A DNA stretch of 64,000 nucleotides from Bacteriovoracaceae bacterium (GCA_965217035.1 OZ244226.1:1470146-1534145); one strand, 5' to 3'. Counted from the first letter of the stretch, positions 40,253-50,812 are shown. Translations and numbers: made by a program. Notes: a model not told the origin generated them from the sequence alone.

Positions 40253-41299
40253 TTAAGTTGTTTCTATTGGACGACCAATTCCATCATCAATATCAAACTC
40301 TATTCGAAAATGATCTTTTTGGAGGTCATCCACAAAATCAACATTATAGAAGTTAATAGTATTAGTGCGCTCCTCGTAATACCAATAACCTCCTTTTTGC
40401 TGAGCTCCCGGCTGAATAAGCTTATCTTTATAATAAACTCTAAGAGTATCAACCACTGGTCTTTTTTTGAGAAGCAAGCTTGGAATCCCAACAATCGTCG
40501 CGATATCTCTTCCAACGGCAGCTAAGTCCCTTCCAAATTGAGACGTGCAAGCCGAAATATTAAATCCTCCAGAAGCATTGATAACTTTTTCATAAGGGCT
40601 ATTTTTATAAGTTGAGTAATCGCCCGTACTGCGGCAGTCTTTCAAATCCCTTAGTGCAAGTGCGCCATAGAATCTCAAAACTTTATCTTGGGGAATATAA
40701 TCACTCATAACATCATAAAAATTATCGCCACTATAATCAGCACCATTACTTCCACTCTGTTCTTCTTCATCACTTATCATAATAGCGACAAGATGAGCAT
40801 TTTTTCTTTGAAAACTCACTCCGGAACTACTGTTATAATTATCAAGATGCCTTCTAAAATTATAAAATATATACTCATAACCGCTACCGCTAGTACCAAG
40901 TCTTTCAACAGCTTGTTGAAAGGTAGAGATAGCCCTTCGAAAGTCAGAAGGATCAGTCATGTCAAAATTCTCTGATTCAAAAGCTTGATCAAAGCCAAGA
41001 TAAGGTCGTTCTGATTTATCAGTCGAAACAATTCCTAGTTTCCAATTAATATATTTGTCTTTTGCAAATTCTTGGAAAAAAAGCTCCGCATTTCTCTCTA
41101 CGTTTCTTTGAATATTTCCCATACTTCCAGAGTTATCAACAACTAGAACAATATCAATCTTGTTACTTTGCTGTAATGTTGAGAGTGGATAAATCCTCTC
41201 ATCAACTTCAATTGGAATAGCTTCTTCCTGATAGACATAGGGGGACTCTTTCCCTTTACAGCTAACTAATAAAAATAAAACTAGAATCAACTGTTTCAT
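40253..41299 (-). CDS. VWA-domain lipoprotein (CglB-like candidate adhesin)
   Basis: LVSC lipobox, KIDIVLVVDNSGSM (DxSxS MIDAS), IMISDEEE; ATGA-coupled to the upstream gene. Confidence 0.8.
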   Translation of the reverse strand: MKQLILVLFLLVSCKGKESPYVYQEEAIPIEVDERIYPLSTLQQSNKIDIVLVVDNSGSMGNIQRNVERNAELFFQEFAKDKYINWKLGIVSTDKSERPYLGFDQAFESENFDMTDPSDFRRAISTFQQAVERLGTSGSGYEYIFYNFRRHLDNYNSSSGVSFQRKNAHLVAIMISDEEEQSGSNGADYSGDNFYDVMSDYIPQDKVLRFYGALALRDLKDCRSTGDYSTYKNSPYEKVINASGGFNISACTSQFGRDLAAVGRDIATIVGIPSLLLKKRPVVDTLRVYYKDKLIQPGAQQKGGYWYYEERTNTINFYNVDFVDDLQKDHFRIEFDIDDGIGRPIETT

Positions 41300-42786
41300 T
41301 TCGATTCCTCTAAGCATAAATTTCTAACATGAGCATTCATATTAAAAAGCTCATCACTCCATAAAACTCCATCATTTGGAAATTGAAGCTGTTGCTTTGT
41401 AAACTTATTACTAGCATAGACATGAGAATTACCATTATTAAGCTCTTTGTGCATTCCCTCTGCGAGTAATCTCATTTTACTTAATAGCTCAACCCTAACA
41501 AATTTCATTCTATAGAGAGAGTTTTCAAGAATTTTTTTTCTATTTTTCCACTGCAATAAAGCTTCTTGCCTCATTTGAAACTGAATAAATTTCGATCTTT
41601 CTTTCAGTGCGTTCACTGAGCTCATTAAACCCATATTAGAAAGCAAAGCAATTTCGGAATTAATTGTTTTTAAAGATTTTTTATAATTTTTAACATTAAA
41701 ACTCATTCTTACAATTTCAGGGTTTTCAGATTTTAAGTTTTTATCAATTAACTTTGACCATTCTTTATTCACGTTAATATAACGATCGATTGAATGTTTG
41801 GCATCACTAAATTGGCATAAAATAACATTTGCCATTGCACTAACTAAATAAACTTCCGGGTAAAACCGGTCATCAAATAATCCCAACTCTAAAGTCGCTA
41901 ATTCCCCCTTGGCCTTAGAAAAGTTTCTCGACCTTAAATGAATCCATAAAACTTCGGTTCTAGCTTGAAGAAAGTATTTTGATTGTTGTGGAATTAAACT
42001 ATAAAAATGCTCTGATTGCTCAAGAGCTCCAACCTGATAGAGTAATCGAGCTAAAGTAAGATAATAAATTGATATTTCTTCAGTATCCTCACTTTTTTCG
42101 ATCCAGGGTTCAATAACTCTTTTAACAATTTTTCCAGATGCACCCAGTTTTCCGCTTTGAGCGTAGTTATAAACACTTCGATAAGCTAAATTGAGCCTGA
42201 CCTTATCATCTACAGGTAATTTTCCTATCCACTTCAAAAGATTGAGATCTTTTTTGTTTGCTCTTAGCCCTTGAAGAAAATAATTAGTATTCAAAGAAAG
42301 ATTCTCTACAGCTTCAAGTTTCTCCACATCACTTTCAGTGAGCGCAAACCCTTGAAGATTAAAAATTTGAGAGAGGTCCTTATTGACTGTCTGATCAATT
42401 CCAATTGCTAGCTGGCTTTCTCTTAAATCTCCAGCATAATTAATCCATTGAGATAAAAAACTTTGATTCAATTCAAGTTTATACAAGAGATACAGTTCGG
42501 TCGCTTTAGATATTTTATTAGAGGGTTTATTTTTCTTTAGAGTTTTTAGAGCTTTATTATAGTTTTTATTAAAAATAAGAGAAATAATCTCATTTGAAAG
42601 ATTTGATGTATTCGATTTCCACTCAGCATAAAGCTGAATTAAAAAGGGGTCATCAAGCGTTATATTCGGTCTTGAATCTAATTCCTTTGAAAAGTTAAGC
42701 TCCGAACCTTTACCATTTAATAAGGCTTCGCTGCTCGCAAAACCAAGACTAGGCAATAATACTAGAAGAACCCAGATACGCATCAT
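41296..42786 (-). CDS. exported TPR protein, GltC-like
   Basis: Signal peptide; LARLLYQ..YSLIP..SKYFLQARTEVLW..FYPEVYLV..LCQF pattern like GltC-type proteins. Confidence 0.7.
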   Translation of the reverse strand: MMRIWVLLVLLPSLGFASSEALLNGKGSELNFSKELDSRPNITLDDPFLIQLYAEWKSNTSNLSNEIISLIFNKNYNKALKTLKKNKPSNKISKATELYLLYKLELNQSFLSQWINYAGDLRESQLAIGIDQTVNKDLSQIFNLQGFALTESDVEKLEAVENLSLNTNYFLQGLRANKKDLNLLKWIGKLPVDDKVRLNLAYRSVYNYAQSGKLGASGKIVKRVIEPWIEKSEDTEEISIYYLTLARLLYQVGALEQSEHFYSLIPQQSKYFLQARTEVLWIHLRSRNFSKAKGELATLELGLFDDRFYPEVYLVSAMANVILCQFSDAKHSIDRYINVNKEWSKLIDKNLKSENPEIVRMSFNVKNYKKSLKTINSEIALLSNMGLMSSVNALKERSKFIQFQMRQEALLQWKNRKKILENSLYRMKFVRVELLSKMRLLAEGMHKELNNGNSHVYASNKFTKQQLQFPNDGVLWSDELFNMNAHVRNLCLEESK

Positions 42787-43496
42787 AAACGATCACCCTC
42801 ACCAAAAAGATATCCAATTTCGAGATATCCCATAGCATTGTGAATATTTCTTGATCCACTTAACTGATCTTGCTTATAGAATTCGTTCTTAAGACCAACC
42901 CTTGAACTGAAGTTTGTACCAATCCAAAAAGCAAACCCTAAATCAAGAATTCCCATTCCCACTTCTCCTGATTCGAGTTTGACCTCTCCATAACCAAGAG
43001 CAATATATTGATCAAAATAAACAACAGTATCTTTATTAAATCGAAGCTTTCCATAGATCGTATTATAGCTAGCAAAAATTTCTTGAGAGCTTAAAGCATA
43101 ATCTGTATCAGGAACAATTTTACTATCATTAAAAAGTTTTTCCCCAGCATCACTCAGGTCATTATAGTATTCGACATGCCTTAAACCAAAAGACCAATCT
43201 TCATTAAGGTGATAACGATAACTTAGCGTAGCCTGTTGCATTTCCAAATGACTATCAGCTGTAAAGTTATTAGCACCACCAAGAGTAAGTTCATGCCTAT
43301 TTCTAAGGCTTGAATACCTGGTGTTAACAATATAAAGCTTATCTTTACTTAGTGTCGGTGTGACTTTGTCCGTTGGAATCCTGAGATCATCTAATTTCTT
43401 ATCAAGAGTTCCTTTTTCACTACTTTCAGTTGAACCAAAGCTATAATTAGAGAGAACAAAAAAGAGAATAAATACTTTCATAATACATCTTTTCAT
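42783..43496 (-). CDS. outer-membrane beta-barrel, GltA/GltB-like
   Basis: Signal peptide, RHELT, YRYHLNEDWS, IYGKL, YFDQY, terminal GYLF. Confidence 0.78.
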   Translation of the reverse strand: MKRCIMKVFILFFVLSNYSFGSTESSEKGTLDKKLDDLRIPTDKVTPTLSKDKLYIVNTRYSSLRNRHELTLGGANNFTADSHLEMQQATLSYRYHLNEDWSFGLRHVEYYNDLSDAGEKLFNDSKIVPDTDYALSSQEIFASYNTIYGKLRFNKDTVVYFDQYIALGYGEVKLESGEVGMGILDLGFAFWIGTNFSSRVGLKNEFYKQDQLSGSRNIHNAMGYLEIGYLFGEGDRL

Positions 43497-43505
43497 AACT
43501 CTTCC

Positions 43506-45530
43506 TTAAAAATTTGCCTTTAACATTGTTTGAAACCATTTATAAGGGATTTGCTTATCTTCATTCCCTACTTTGAGGTCTGCCCATTCAGTTCCAAGGA
43601 TAACAGCTCTTCCACCGTTTCTTCGCTTACAAACAACACCGATAACATAAGGGTTATTTTCATTCTCAGAAATCCCTAAAACGCCCTTGCAGTTTTTGTT
43701 CGTATCATAAAGACCGCCATTAAAAATAAGGGGATTAGCAGAAACCTCTGAGGCTAGACCCTTAAGACCAATAGGCGCTTTAGATTTTTCAAAATGAGAA
43801 GTTTTCATGAACTTCATCTTCGTAAGATCAGGCATATTCGGGAGCTCATTATAGCGACCAATAATACTAAAATCATACTCTTCAATAAATTTAGTTAACA
43901 ATTCTTTTGGAAGGTTATTAATCAATGGTGAGGCAACAACAATATTTTTAATTTTTTTAGTCGCTTCAAAGATTTCTTTATTCGTATTTTTATCAAATAA
44001 AGTACTCGTCGTTAAAACAAGTGTCTCTCTTCCTGAAATATTTCTTTCATTAATTGCCTGAATCGCTGGATTCATAACATTCAAGCTCTTAAATGTTTCC
44101 TGGTAAAACTTAACCTCTGGATCTCTAGAAGAATCTGCAAAAAGTAATGTTTTATAGCGATCTTCTGGAAAAACCTCTACAATAAAACTTTCTGCTGATG
44201 AAACTTTATAATCAGATTCTGCAACTAAGTTAAATTGAAAGACACCTGACTTATCAAACTTAAGACGGATTCTTCCATCTTCCCAAGAAACATATTTTCT
44301 CATGGATTCAGGAAAGACTTTTACCTCTGGATCTAATTGAGGATCTTCTCCATCATTAATACTGATATTTCGAGTAAAGGTTTCATTGAAGTTTAGATAA
44401 AGCAATTCACCTACTGGCCAATTCATTCGATTAATAAAAGGAGGTTTACGATCTCTAACAACGATTTCAACTTCAAGTTCTTCGTACTCACAATTTCTCA
44501 TATCTCCACTAGAATTTAGAACACAAGATTGAAAACTTAAACGTTGGGTTGTTCCATTAAACTTTGGGGGAATATCATTCCAGTGAACATTCAACACACT
44601 CGAATAATTATCTTTGTTTTCGACTAAATCATACTCAAACTTTCCAAATGGAGGTTCAGATGAAGAAAGGACAACTGAAGGACTGATCTCCTTATTAAGA
44701 TCATAAGCAGCAACCTGGAAGCTCATATCTAAACCCTGAACAATCTTTTTCGCAGGAAGAACTAACTTATTTTTTAATCGTTTATCATTAACTCTAATAG
44801 TAATTTTTTTAGTTTCTAAGTGATTTGCAGGGTTCGCAATTGTAATTTTTCCATTGTAAGAAACGCTGCTACCTTGTGTTTTTCTATTTACATGAAAATA
44901 ATCAGGAGTGAATTGCAGTTTAAATTTTGTTTCATTGATTTTAATTACTTCCATATTTGGCGGCATATCCGTTGTCGTGACTTTGAATGGTCCGTTTGGA
45001 TAATCCGTATTTTCAATTTCAAAAATGTTTTCGTAAAGAGAGCCCTCTGTTGCATTACTGCTGGCATTTGTATTAATTTTTATTTCTCTTGGTCTATCAT
45101 GAACAACAAGGTTTACTTCTTCACTTAACGCTCGACGAGTATCAAGACTACTTCTTAACCAAACTGTAATAGGATAAATAACACTTTTTTTAGATGGATC
45201 ACCTGGCTCATTCCCGGCAAAATAATCTGGTTTCCAGCTCAGAATTAATGTTTCTTCATCAAATTGAGCACCTTTTGGAAGATTATCAACCCAAACAATT
45301 GCTTCAGCCTCATCAGGAACTGCAACTCTTATTTGATAAGATAGATTTCGTCCCTCTTTCAGATTGATATTTTTATCTACTGCCATTGAAAGTTCAGGAA
45401 GAGGCTCTTTGTCCTCCTCAATAGGATCAACTCTTCTTTGCCCTGTTTCTGGATATGGATCCTTTTTACAGGATGAAAATCCAAAAATAAGTAAAACTAA
45501 CAAAGCATTAATTGTTTTCATGTTTTTCAT
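43506..45530 (-). CDS. large lipoprotein with tandem Ig/cadherin-like domains
   Basis: FSSC lipobox; NLPKGAQFD...LSWKPDY putative-Ig motif and similar LQFTPDY repeat. Confidence 0.7.
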   Translation of the reverse strand: MKNMKTINALLVLLIFGFSSCKKDPYPETGQRRVDPIEEDKEPLPELSMAVDKNINLKEGRNLSYQIRVAVPDEAEAIVWVDNLPKGAQFDEETLILSWKPDYFAGNEPGDPSKKSVIYPITVWLRSSLDTRRALSEEVNLVVHDRPREIKINTNASSNATEGSLYENIFEIENTDYPNGPFKVTTTDMPPNMEVIKINETKFKLQFTPDYFHVNRKTQGSSVSYNGKITIANPANHLETKKITIRVNDKRLKNKLVLPAKKIVQGLDMSFQVAAYDLNKEISPSVVLSSSEPPFGKFEYDLVENKDNYSSVLNVHWNDIPPKFNGTTQRLSFQSCVLNSSGDMRNCEYEELEVEIVVRDRKPPFINRMNWPVGELLYLNFNETFTRNISINDGEDPQLDPEVKVFPESMRKYVSWEDGRIRLKFDKSGVFQFNLVAESDYKVSSAESFIVEVFPEDRYKTLLFADSSRDPEVKFYQETFKSLNVMNPAIQAINERNISGRETLVLTTSTLFDKNTNKEIFEATKKIKNIVVASPLINNLPKELLTKFIEEYDFSIIGRYNELPNMPDLTKMKFMKTSHFEKSKAPIGLKGLASEVSANPLIFNGGLYDTNKNCKGVLGISENENNPYVIGVVCKRRNGGRAVILGTEWADLKVGNEDKQIPYKWFQTMLKANF

Positions 45531-45544
45531 TCTCTACCTATCTT

Positions 45545-46738
45545 TTAAGATCCGACTGGACGAAGCATAAACGGATACTTGACGGGAACTTTGACTCCAC
45601 CCTTTGGTTTTGGAAATTCCCATGTCATCATCTTTTTACTGATACAGTTTTCTGTTGGTTTATCTTTAAGCGTTGTTCTATTAACTCTTGCAAAATTCAA
45701 CATTCCACTTGCATTAATTTCAAAACTCATCTCAACAAGACCCTGAATACTTGGTTTTGTTTTTAACTGAGCTTCATAACAACGACGAACTTGATTCAAA
45801 TATTTTGCAATCGTTGCATTGATCGCATATCTGCTGATTCCACCCTGAAGGACAACGTCAGAACTTGAAACGGCAATAGCTGAAATTCCCTTTCCGTTTC
45901 CACTGGCCACAAGGGTATTTCCATAACCACCTTTTCCACCGCCGGCGCCTTTCGTCCCAATTCCTCCGAGACCTTGAACTCCTGTATTTCCGACAGTTGT
46001 TTTTCTCAAGCCTTTACCGACGCCCGTTAAAACCTCACCACCACTTCCAGCATCTCCGCCTTTACCAGCTCCAGCACTTGCTTTCTTAAGCTCTTGCGGA
46101 ATTCCACCTGTAACCTTTTTAAGATCTTTGGAACCAACCATTCCTAAAAATCCAAGGTTTCTCTTCACGGCCCTTTTTGAGATCTCTGCCTTAGTCAATG
46201 GTTTGACTTTAAGATTTCTATTCACATGTCTTTGAATTTTTACTGTTTGAGCCGGTTTAATTATCTTCACCGTAATCGGCTCTACCACCTTCTCTTCTTC
46301 TAATTCCTCTACTTTTTCATTATTATAAAAAAAATAAATCAACGGAATAAGAAAAAGTAAAGCAATCCCTAGAATATCCAACTTAGAACTTTTAGGCTCT
46401 TCTTTATCTGTCTCAAGAGCTCCAAATTGACCTGTCGATGTTTCTGCAAATCGAAAATTACCGAGAGGAGTGTTTAATAACCATCCATCTTTAGTTTTCA
46501 TCGCATCACAGTTCTCGGTATTATCAATGCTGAATTGGTTATTTTTATTAGATAACTTGAATAAACAATGCCAGTCATTATTTGTAAAATCATAACCTTG
46601 ACGCTTACGAGAAATAATTCTCTCTTCAGCTCTTTTTTTACTGATAAAACCAAACTGATTGTGAAATCCAAACTCACCAAAATTAACTTCCTTGAGCACT
46701 TTAATGAATTCACCAGTGTTCGTTTCTACTGCGATCAT
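45545..46738 (-). CDS. GltG/AgmX(PglI)-like TonB-type energy transducer
   Basis: Single TM, Gly-rich linker, TonB_C-like end VRRCYEAQL..QGLVEMSFEINASG..CI..WEFPKPKGG..VKYPF. Confidence 0.85.
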   Translation of the reverse strand: MIAVETNTGEFIKVLKEVNFGEFGFHNQFGFISKKRAEERIISRKRQGYDFTNNDWHCLFKLSNKNNQFSIDNTENCDAMKTKDGWLLNTPLGNFRFAETSTGQFGALETDKEEPKSSKLDILGIALLFLIPLIYFFYNNEKVEELEEEKVVEPITVKIIKPAQTVKIQRHVNRNLKVKPLTKAEISKRAVKRNLGFLGMVGSKDLKKVTGGIPQELKKASAGAGKGGDAGSGGEVLTGVGKGLRKTTVGNTGVQGLGGIGTKGAGGGKGGYGNTLVASGNGKGISAIAVSSSDVVLQGGISRYAINATIAKYLNQVRRCYEAQLKTKPSIQGLVEMSFEINASGMLNFARVNRTTLKDKPTENCISKKMMTWEFPKPKGGVKVPVKYPFMLRPVGS

Positions 46739-46986
46739 TGAACATTCTCCCCAAAATCACTTGCCATCATGTCTAAAAAATCTTCTCGAAACTTTAAAAG
46801 ACCAGAGTCTTTCTCTCCAATATTTCCTGTAACGACAGACATCTCAGGCTTTTTTCTCTCCCCTTCAACTAACAGGGATTCGAAGTCAATCCTCTTGGAC
46901 TTCTTATACTTAATTCCATTACTCTTTTGCTTCTCTGCAAAGCCAGAAATGCTAAAGGAAATAATTGTCATTAATAATAACTTCAT
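46735..46986 (-). CDS. GltF/CglF-like small exported protein
   Basis: Signal peptide, YKKSKRIDFESLLVEGERKKP..LLKFREDF. Confidence 0.8.
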   Translation of the reverse strand: MKLLLMTIISFSISGFAEKQKSNGIKYKKSKRIDFESLLVEGERKKPEMSVVTGNIGEKDSGLLKFREDFLDMMASDFGENVQ

Positions 46987-49775
46987 AAACGTTCCTGAAC
47001 CTTTAAACTATTAATTCGATTTGAATAATAATTTTCAATTCTTTTGTTATTTGAGTTTTTATAAAAGTCTCTTAAACTCATTAAAGTATTTTGATCTTCT
47101 GGATTTGATAATAATTCATTTTTCATAGCATCAATTTCATTCTTCTCGATTTTTGCAATTTTTTGATAAGAGCTTTCAATCTTAATCAAGTCTTTATAGT
47201 TTTGAGTTGTACTTGCTATATTTGTTTCAATTTTTTTCTTATTTTCAAGATCGGTAATTCCGGCAAGTTCATTTGTTAATAATGATTCATAACCGACTCT
47301 AGTATCTTCAAATGGCTGAGCCATTCCAGAAAGCTGCCCTTTAACTTGATTTAATGTCGCTTCGTCAAGGTCTGGAGGTAAAGGAGTATTGAGAATATCT
47401 TGAGTTATTCCCTGATAGGTATTATGAAGCATACTTAGAATATAGATTCTTGTTTCTGAATCAGATCCCTCGAGGTAAACGTTAGAGTTTTTGACTAATT
47501 TATCAATCGCTCTGGTCTTTCTTTTAAAGAGCCTCTGGCTGTTTCTTCCATAAAATTTTAGATTAATTGCTTTTATATAATCTTTTTCCAGCTTTTCTAA
47601 AACAAGTTTAGACCACACTGGTCCAAGAGAACTCTTTTCAGCTAAAATCATTTTCTTTGTTTGAGAATCTGGGCTTTTCGAATGAAGCATTATAGCGAGT
47701 TCAATTTTCTTTTTTTTGCTCCATGGAAAACTCAATAGCTTTTTATCTAGAAGCTCTGCTTCTTTTAAAACAACAAAGAGAGCGATTTCATATTTTTCAG
47801 GAATTGATTTCTTTCTTTTTATTTTTTTTATTAACTGCTTAAGAATTCGTTTCTGAGATGACCATTTTTGGTCCATTTCATAGAGGAGAGCAATTTTAAA
47901 ATACTCATCGTAGTTAATCTCTTTAGTGCTTAAATTTTTCTTTTCACGCAATGATGCTGCCTTAGAATAAGACCCCATCAACTCGTATTCGTTCATCAAG
48001 GCTTGATAATCTTTTTCTCGCTCTAGCAATACAACAAGCTTGGCTTGATCTTTAAACTTTATGGCCAAGACTTTTGCATTCGGACAAGATTTCTTGGAAT
48101 AGACCCCATCAAGACAAAACTTAAAAAATGATTCCAAGCTTTCTTTTGTTTCGGAGCGACTCGCAGCCTTTTCAAATCTTGCATCTAAGAGAATTTTTTC
48201 CATAGACTTCTTTTCACTTAAGACCTTCTTAGACTGAACACCTTGCGTTCCAGAATCCCAAAAATTCACCTGTTTAATAATGTCATCAAATCTTTTTTCA
48301 GAGTTAAAAATATCTAGAAGTAGGTTTTGGGACATGACTGCCCAATTCGTAATATTTTTATTTTCGATTGATCTTTCTACTAAGCCCAAAAAGAGTTTTT
48401 CTGCCTTCTTAAAATCTTTTTTCTCATAATATGTTCTGGCGGCGACATATTCGAATTCGTCTTTTTCATGACTTGATTTCAAAATCTCTGCAATAGCGAG
48501 TGCTTCCTCAAGAACAATGTCTTCTTTTTTTAATTTCTGAGCTAAGCTAAGTCTGGTTTGCCTAAGTTCTCTAATTTTTTTCTTTTCAACATCGTAATTT
48601 ATATCCTCCTTAATCCACTTTCCAAGAAACTCAATTTTGCGCGAAATGTCTTTTTCAGCTTTTAGCCATCCCTGTTGTAACTTTCTTCTTAAGTCGTCAT
48701 TAGGATAAATAGTTAAATAAGATTCAATCGATCTCTTAAGGTAAGGGTAAAGATCTTCTGTAACGTTCGTTTCAGCATCAACTTGAACTAAAAATCTTCG
48801 AAAGATTTTTTTGATATTTTCTGATTTTTCTTTATCTTTTGGAATATCAAGAGAAGTTCGCTTTGAAATTTTATCAAGATAAATTTCAACTTTTTCCCAT
48901 TCTCTAAATCCATAAACCTCTTCAAGAAGTCTAATTTCATTATAAAAGTCAGGTTCTTTATTATTAACATGAGCTAAAATAAAAGATCCCGCTCTTCTAT
49001 TACCGGCTACATAAAAAGCTTCTAATAACTGCTTTACAAGCTCTGGACGATCAAGTTTTACCGCTATTTTTTCAATATACTCTAATTCAGCCCTTCCTGT
49101 TGTTTCTTCGTTAGACATGAACATTATCAAATCAATTAACGAAGGCTCTCTAATCTCTGTTTTTGAAACCCATAAAGATTTTTTTAATTCCTGAATCCCA
49201 GCTGTTAACTTTGAATTCTTAAAAAGAAGCCAAGCTTTTCTATAATGAGCATAATTACAAGCAGTAATGTTCGGACATAGTTTAATTGCTTGATTATAAA
49301 GTGGACCCGCTAATCTAAACCGACCATCTTCTTCGTACCACTCTGCTAAAGCCAGTGAAGCCTGCTCTAACATTCTCTTTGGAGTTTCTTTATTATTTAA
49401 AACACTTTTATAATAAGCTTCGGCTCTTTTATGCTCGTCTAGTCTTGTTAATAAACGCGCAGCCTGGAATTCAATTTTAATTCTATTGAGACCCTCAGCT
49501 CTTTTAATTCCATCCGTTCCATTCAAGCTATGTTTGTATAAGTCTAGAGCTTTTAGCCTTTGCTTCTTCCGTTCAACTTTACCATTTTTTCCACCTTCTT
49601 TAATGGAAGCGTCAAAATAAAGATCAGCTAACCTAAGTGTTAAATCAACTCGTGCTGGATCATTAATATCTAATGAGCTTCTAAGTTTTTCCATCTCCTG
49701 AATGAGATACTGAATGTCCTTGGAGTACCCAATATTTCCTACAAAAAACAAAAGGATAATAAATAATTTAAACAT
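46983..49775 (-). CDS. large exported TPR protein, GltD/AgmU-like
   Basis: Signal peptide, LRLADLYFD, LAEWYE, YAHYRKAW, C-terminal PLPPDL..QLSGMAQPF. Confidence 0.72.
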   Translation of the reverse strand: MFKLFIILLFFVGNIGYSKDIQYLIQEMEKLRSSLDINDPARVDLTLRLADLYFDASIKEGGKNGKVERKKQRLKALDLYKHSLNGTDGIKRAEGLNRIKIEFQAARLLTRLDEHKRAEAYYKSVLNNKETPKRMLEQASLALAEWYEEDGRFRLAGPLYNQAIKLCPNITACNYAHYRKAWLLFKNSKLTAGIQELKKSLWVSKTEIREPSLIDLIMFMSNEETTGRAELEYIEKIAVKLDRPELVKQLLEAFYVAGNRRAGSFILAHVNNKEPDFYNEIRLLEEVYGFREWEKVEIYLDKISKRTSLDIPKDKEKSENIKKIFRRFLVQVDAETNVTEDLYPYLKRSIESYLTIYPNDDLRRKLQQGWLKAEKDISRKIEFLGKWIKEDINYDVEKKKIRELRQTRLSLAQKLKKEDIVLEEALAIAEILKSSHEKDEFEYVAARTYYEKKDFKKAEKLFLGLVERSIENKNITNWAVMSQNLLLDIFNSEKRFDDIIKQVNFWDSGTQGVQSKKVLSEKKSMEKILLDARFEKAASRSETKESLESFFKFCLDGVYSKKSCPNAKVLAIKFKDQAKLVVLLEREKDYQALMNEYELMGSYSKAASLREKKNLSTKEINYDEYFKIALLYEMDQKWSSQKRILKQLIKKIKRKKSIPEKYEIALFVVLKEAELLDKKLLSFPWSKKKKIELAIMLHSKSPDSQTKKMILAEKSSLGPVWSKLVLEKLEKDYIKAINLKFYGRNSQRLFKRKTRAIDKLVKNSNVYLEGSDSETRIYILSMLHNTYQGITQDILNTPLPPDLDEATLNQVKGQLSGMAQPFEDTRVGYESLLTNELAGITDLENKKKIETNIASTTQNYKDLIKIESSYQKIAKIEKNEIDAMKNELLSNPEDQNTLMSLRDFYKNSNNKRIENYYSNRINSLKVQERL

Positions 49776-50291
49776 TTATGGATTACCCAATACCGCAAGC
49801 TCAATAGACTGGAACTGACTACTCGTCAAAACCCCCATTATCAAAGCCACAGTCGTGCTTTTAATTTCCTTATCTGCTTGTAGATTGATTTCTCCTGTAA
49901 ATGGAGTCTCATGCGAAACAGACCAGTTTTTTTTAATAAGATTCAATTTATTTAAAAGAACATTTGGATTTCTACTAATCTTTTTTGTTTCTCCGACTAA
50001 CTTCTGATCCAAATACATATTTCCGTCTTTAGAGATTGCAAGAACTGGTGCTTCTCTCACCATCGCAGGGGTTGTCGAATTAGGTAGATCAATTCCTTTA
50101 GTCACTAATATTTCAGGAGAGCTCGAAAAGGTTTGTAAAAGAAAAACAACAAGCATACTAAACATATCAACCATGGATGTTAGCATTAAGGTAAAGCCAG
50201 CTGCCTTCATGCCCCAGCTTTTTTTTCTTTTGCTATTAACTAAGTGTTTTTCGAAAGCATTGGCTGAAACTAAGCTATGATTAAGAATCAT
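49776..50291 (-). CDS. ExbD/TolR-family motor subunit, AglS-like
   Basis: LTSMVDMFSMLVVFLL TM with conserved Asp; INLQADK. Confidence 0.88.
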   Translation of the reverse strand: MILNHSLVSANAFEKHLVNSKRKKSWGMKAAGFTLMLTSMVDMFSMLVVFLLQTFSSSPEILVTKGIDLPNSTTPAMVREAPVLAISKDGNMYLDQKLVGETKKISRNPNVLLNKLNLIKKNWSVSHETPFTGEINLQADKEIKSTTVALIMGVLTSSQFQSIELAVLGNP

Positions 50292-50773
50292 TATTGCCCC
50301 CTCGCCGTTAATACACCAATATTAACGATTTTCTGTTTTCTTAGAACATCTAGAGCTTCAATAAGCTTTCCATAATCAATAGAGCTTCGTGGAGTTACAG
50401 TTGCTGAGGAAATTTCAATTTTTCCTTTCTTTAAAGCAAGAATCTTAGTTGTAAGAATACTTTGCATTGATGCCAGTAAGTCTTCATATTTCTCACCCCT
50501 AGCCTTATAAGTTTTTACTCTTCGCCCGCCTTTTTTTAAGTTCAAACGAGCTTCTTGAGGATTTTTAAAAACAAGATCAAGTTCATAAGTTTCTTTAGTG
50601 ACTGAAGCGGCTTCAGTTCCATAACTTTGTTTAACTTCGATTGTACCAATTTGGATCCAAACAGCTGTGATCAGAAGGAAACATACACATGTTGATAAAA
50701 GATCAATAAACGGTGTAAGATTTATCTCCGCATTGAGATCTTTTTTTTGCCCTAATCCTATTTTGTTCTGCAC
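50291..50773 (-). CDS. ExbD/TolR-family motor subunit, AglQ-like
   Basis: INLTPFIDLLSTCVCFLLITAVW with conserved Asp; YGKLIEALD. Confidence 0.88.
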   Translation of the reverse strand: MQNKIGLGQKKDLNAEINLTPFIDLLSTCVCFLLITAVWIQIGTIEVKQSYGTEAASVTKETYELDLVFKNPQEARLNLKKGGRRVKTYKARGEKYEDLLASMQSILTTKILALKKGKIEISSATVTPRSSIDYGKLIEALDVLRKQKIVNIGVLTARGQ

Positions 50774-50812
50774 TCTAAATATCCTTATTTAAAATTTTTA
50801 CAAAACTAAAAA

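Noticed and set aside
45880..46080. GC-rich, repetitive-looking stretch in the GltG-like gene
   Set aside because: It is explained by the Gly-rich linker codons; it is not a DNA repeat or a foreign insert.
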